Source: an uncultured virus (IMG/VR IMGVR_UViG_3300025433_000003)
Lineage: Duplodnaviria; Heunggongvirae; Uroviricota; Caudoviricetes
Virus record (IMG/VR): IMGVR_UViG_3300025433_000003
Length of the DNA: 20,000 nt
Direction: 5' to 3' (one strand)
The stretch's first letter is position 1. The number at the start of each line of letters is the position of its first letter. The position numbers and the translations under genes are program-made. Under the pieces are notes generated by a model. That model did not search any database. It was not told the origin of the DNA and saw only the letters and a program-made list of their open reading frames with translations. Positions 16,748 through 20,000 of this stretch are shown here, piece after piece.

Positions 16748-19669
16748 ATGCAAGAATACGATTTTTTACTAGAAAGTACTATCTCACAAATGAACGAAAA
16801 TAAGATCTCTAAGAACAATCTTAGAATAGATCAACCGACAGTTTTTATGACAATTCCAGACACAAACTTGAATATTTGGAATATTATCTATGATAATGGA
16901 ATATTGAAATCAAACTGTGAAGGAGTTGTTGTACCTAATAAAACCTTTAAATTGAATAATAAATCATTCATTGGTAAAGCACATTATCTCGATGTTAAGA
17001 AGAATCTTTCAGTTAAGAAGAGTAAAGGTAGAAAATTCACAGTTTCTACAACATTAAATCTAAAAGAAGTAACAAACAAATCTAAGAAATACTGGATATA
17101 TGATCTGAGTCTGTATTCTCAAGCATTAAAATACGGTAATGAAAAATTCAGTGCTTTAATTGCTGCAAAGAATCTTATCAGTCAACTGTCGGCAGAGTAT
17201 AAACGAATTAAAAAATTGAGTCCTGCTGTTAAGTTTGAAATGTTTTTTATGATTAAGAACGAGAACGGTAGTTTAATTGAATTGTTCAAAAACTATAAAA
17301 AAATATTCAATGATGCTACTTTAGAATCTATGCCGTTCTTTGACAACCATTGTTTCGTTTGTAATTGTGATAACACAATCATTCCAATTATGCACAAGGT
17401 CAAAGGCAAAGTTAAACTAATTGACAAAAACTTAAACAAATTAAGTTCATTCTTATCTGCTGACGATCTTGTAAAAGAAATTAATAAAGAATCTATAATT
17501 GAAGATCCACAATCTGGAAAGAATCAAGAATCCGCCGAGGCCAAACCTCTATCAAAAGCAGAACAAGTAATAGAAAAAATACTCCCAAAGAAAAAGAACA
17601 GCTTCAATAAAATCATTGATGACTTAAAATCTGTCAACTTAGACACAAAAAAAGAAGGAGACAATAATGGAATAAAAATCGAAATTAACAACAGAAAATT
17701 AACACAAATTCTAAAAAAATATAAGATAAATGATCCTGATATCGTAGCGAATGTTAAAGGAGCATTAGATAGTTACATCAAAATGAAAGGTGATAAACTA
17801 ACAAAAGACGAAGCAGAAACAATAGTATTTCATGCTATTCATTTTTCAGTATATGGAACAGAAGCAATCAGACCAGAATTCTTAGCTAATCCAGAAAAAT
17901 TAATCAATAAAATTAAAGATACAAGAATACACAAAACTCCACTAATATTCCCAAAAGAATTATCAGAAAACTTAGTTAACCCAGCAGACATCATTGATCT
18001 AAAATACACTACGGGAGCATGGAGACAAAAGAATGAGTTCGAAGACACAATACATAAGAACGTAGACAAACTATTTAAAACCCTAGAGGATACAACAAAC
18101 ACCCCAGTCAAAGTAAAATCAATTACTCATAAATACGTCGATGATGATTTGAACAGACAAATTAGATATGAAGTCACACTACAAAATACAACAGGTGGAA
18201 AGAAAGATCCATATAAAGTTTATTTAAATGTCCCAGGTGTCATTAATGATCGTTATATGAAATTGAATGGTGTACCGTATATTATGCCAGCTCAACAATT
18301 CATGAAACCCGTAACAAAAACTGTAAAAGATGATGTCAGACTACTTACTAACTATGCTATTATGCAATTAAAATTAGAAAATGTTAAATTCACTCCATCT
18401 GAATTACCTAATATTATTAATTACATTCAAATCAAATATCCAACAATAATTAAAAAATATAATAAAGACACTGGTGAGATTCTTTTAAAGAATAAAAATA
18501 TAATCAATTTAACAGATAATCCAGTATTGAAAACATCAAGTACTGAAATTAATTACAAGAATCAAAAATTAACTGATATGGATGGTAATAATATTAATCA
18601 AGGCAAACAAGAGTTTATTTATAATGCATTGATTGAAGCTATTCAAACTGTCAATCCAAATGATCAATTAGCAAAAACTTCTAAATCTATTCCATATATT
18701 TCATTATATCTTGGTGGTTTCAAAGTACCATTTATTGTTTATTTATGGCAAAATAAAGGTCTGTTAACAGCATTGAATGAATTCGGTGTAGATTATGAAA
18801 TCAATGCTAAAAAGACTGCTAATGATACTTATACTGTGAAAACTAAAGATGGTTACTTACTCATTAAACCAGAAACTAGAAGAGAAAAACTGTTCTGTAA
18901 TGGTCTACTACAACTTAAATTAAATAAAACATTTGATAATTTAGACGAACCGACAGAGATTCATGATGTATTAAATAAGGTATATGGTCAACGAGCAGTA
19001 TTTAATATGAATGAAATGCAAGAGAATATGATTGATGTTATTACAAAGGAGTTACTTGAATTTGAAGGTCTTCCGACTAATTTAAATAACTTGCTGAGCA
19101 CTCATTGTGTAGATACCCTGTTAAATGCAGAAGTTGAGAATATTGCTGATCTGAAAGTTTATCGTGCTCGTCTTAGTGAAATGCTTCTTAATATGTTATA
19201 CAGTCAGATTAAAATGTCAATGTCTGAATATCGTAAGAAAGTTAAACTTGGCGATGAAGAAGCTAAGATCAACATGTATTCTGATTTTGTTATTGACACT
19301 ATTTATGAGCATGCTGGTGTATTGAATTATACTGAACCGACGAATCCAATTGATGAAATTGCTCTAGCAAGTCGTACGATTAAGAATGGGCCTGGAGGAA
19401 TTAAGAATAGACAGAGTTTTAGGAAAGAACATCGTAACATTCACGAGTCTCACATCGGTAATCTTGGCGCAACAGCAACGAGCGAATCAGGAAATACGGG
19501 CCTTGATACTTGTCACACACTTAACCCAGCGATATTAAACTCTTACGGAGGGTATGGTCGAAAAAACATTGATGAGATGGGTCCTTGGGATTCATTGGCG
19601 ATGAATGAGGCGGTTATACCGATGATAAACTCGACGGACGGGGACAGATCCGTCATGGCGACTACTCAT
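16748..19669 (+). CDS. Multi-subunit RNA polymerase beta subunit, exon 1 (N-terminal part), with long N-terminal extension
   Basis: YMKLNG, YRAR..E, NPIDEI..R...GPGG, RNIHESHIG, TSESGNTGL and IPMINSTDGDRSVM are collinear with RpoB (NPLSEI..GPGG, RDVHPTHYG, TPEGPNIGL, IPFLEHDDANRALM). Similarity stops where the intron begins; the unspliced frame ends at 19693. Confidence 0.88.
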
Positions 19670-20000
19670 GGTGAACGTGACCTTTACAAGTGATTGTAAT
19701 TGAATAACCTGGTGAATTCAGGGAAACTCCTATCGTTATAAACGAGGACAATCCTGAGCCAAGCTTTGAATATACTACTAATATATTCATTGAAGGTGCA
19801 ACGACTATCGAAATCACATCTATTAAATTAGATGGAAGAGAGTAGAGTACACTCCTAGTGGAGTGGAAGTGCCAGGCGACTGATAAAGAATAAACGAATA
19901 AAGAGTTTAGTAGGCTCTGTAGTGAATTAATAAAAAATCAGTTGATGATATAGTCTAGACTATATAGTAATATATAGATGGATATTAATAATTCCTGGTG
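19670..20000 (+). mobile_element. Group I intron (subgroup IA-like); 3' splice site not identified in the window
   Basis: P AATTCAGGGAAA 19715-19726, Q AATCCTGAGC 19750-19759, R GTGCAACGACTA 19796-19807, S GATGATATAGTCT 19944-19956. P3 CCTGGT/GCCAGG, P7 GACTA/TAGTC, P8 GACTGAT/ATCAGTT. Two extra hairpins between P7 and P3'. P1 TCAT|..GTGA with a U-G wobble. Confidence 0.92.

Noticed and set aside
1432..18111. Antisense or alternate-frame ORFs in the track (1432-1710, 4172-4411, 5601-5783, 7203-7499, 7807-8064, 8320-8505, 8631-8888, 10426-10650, 10871-11404, 13160-13348, 14937-15137, 15301-15708, 15375-15614, 17839-18111)
   Set aside because: They overlap well-supported genes and have shadow-ORF composition with no recognisable motifs.
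10776..19693. Cellular rpoB/rpoC operon
   Set aside because: Order is reversed and interrupted, no ribosomal protein genes are adjacent, the motifs are far more diverged than in cellular enzymes, and the context is phage-like. Gene symbols were withheld.
1..20000. CRISPR array or integron attC array built from the repeated hairpins
   Set aside because: Each hairpin family occurs only twice, spacing is gene-sized, and no cas or integrase gene or clear RYYYAAC/GTTRRRY ends were seen.
1..20000. Genome-wide stop-codon reassignment
   Set aside because: Long genes translate intact in code 11 and TGA ends nrdJ at its natural terminus. Only one internal TGA was seen.

Overview
AT-rich, densely coded window that looks like a large (jumbo-type) bacteriophage genome. 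The left half is a nucleotide-metabolism cluster: class II ribonucleotide reductase with an active-site intein, ThyX, PIN-PhoH, HAD phosphatase, DEDDh exonuclease, P-loop nucleotide kinase and a VUT/YhhQ-type transporter. The window also holds a free-standing HNH-AP2 endonuclease, a macro-domain protein, a PD-(D/E)XK resolvase-like nuclease and two pieces of a divergent multi-subunit RNA polymerase. One piece is a stand-alone C-terminal half of beta'. The other is a beta subunit with a ~430-aa N-terminal extension, interrupted by a group I (IA-type) intron at the right edge. Features not explained by annotation: (i) a ~260-nt GC-enriched, multi-hairpin intergenic element between a candidate promoter and a terminator; (ii) three gene cassettes, each bracketed by its own pair of direct-repeated hairpins; (iii) a dispersed GC-rich motif TTTGRCCTCGGCRG at four loci; (iv) a recurrent ATATATAAATA promoter-like motif; (v) two adjacent paralogues, both frameshifted near the 5' end. 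All family calls come from motif recognition by eye; no database searches were run.
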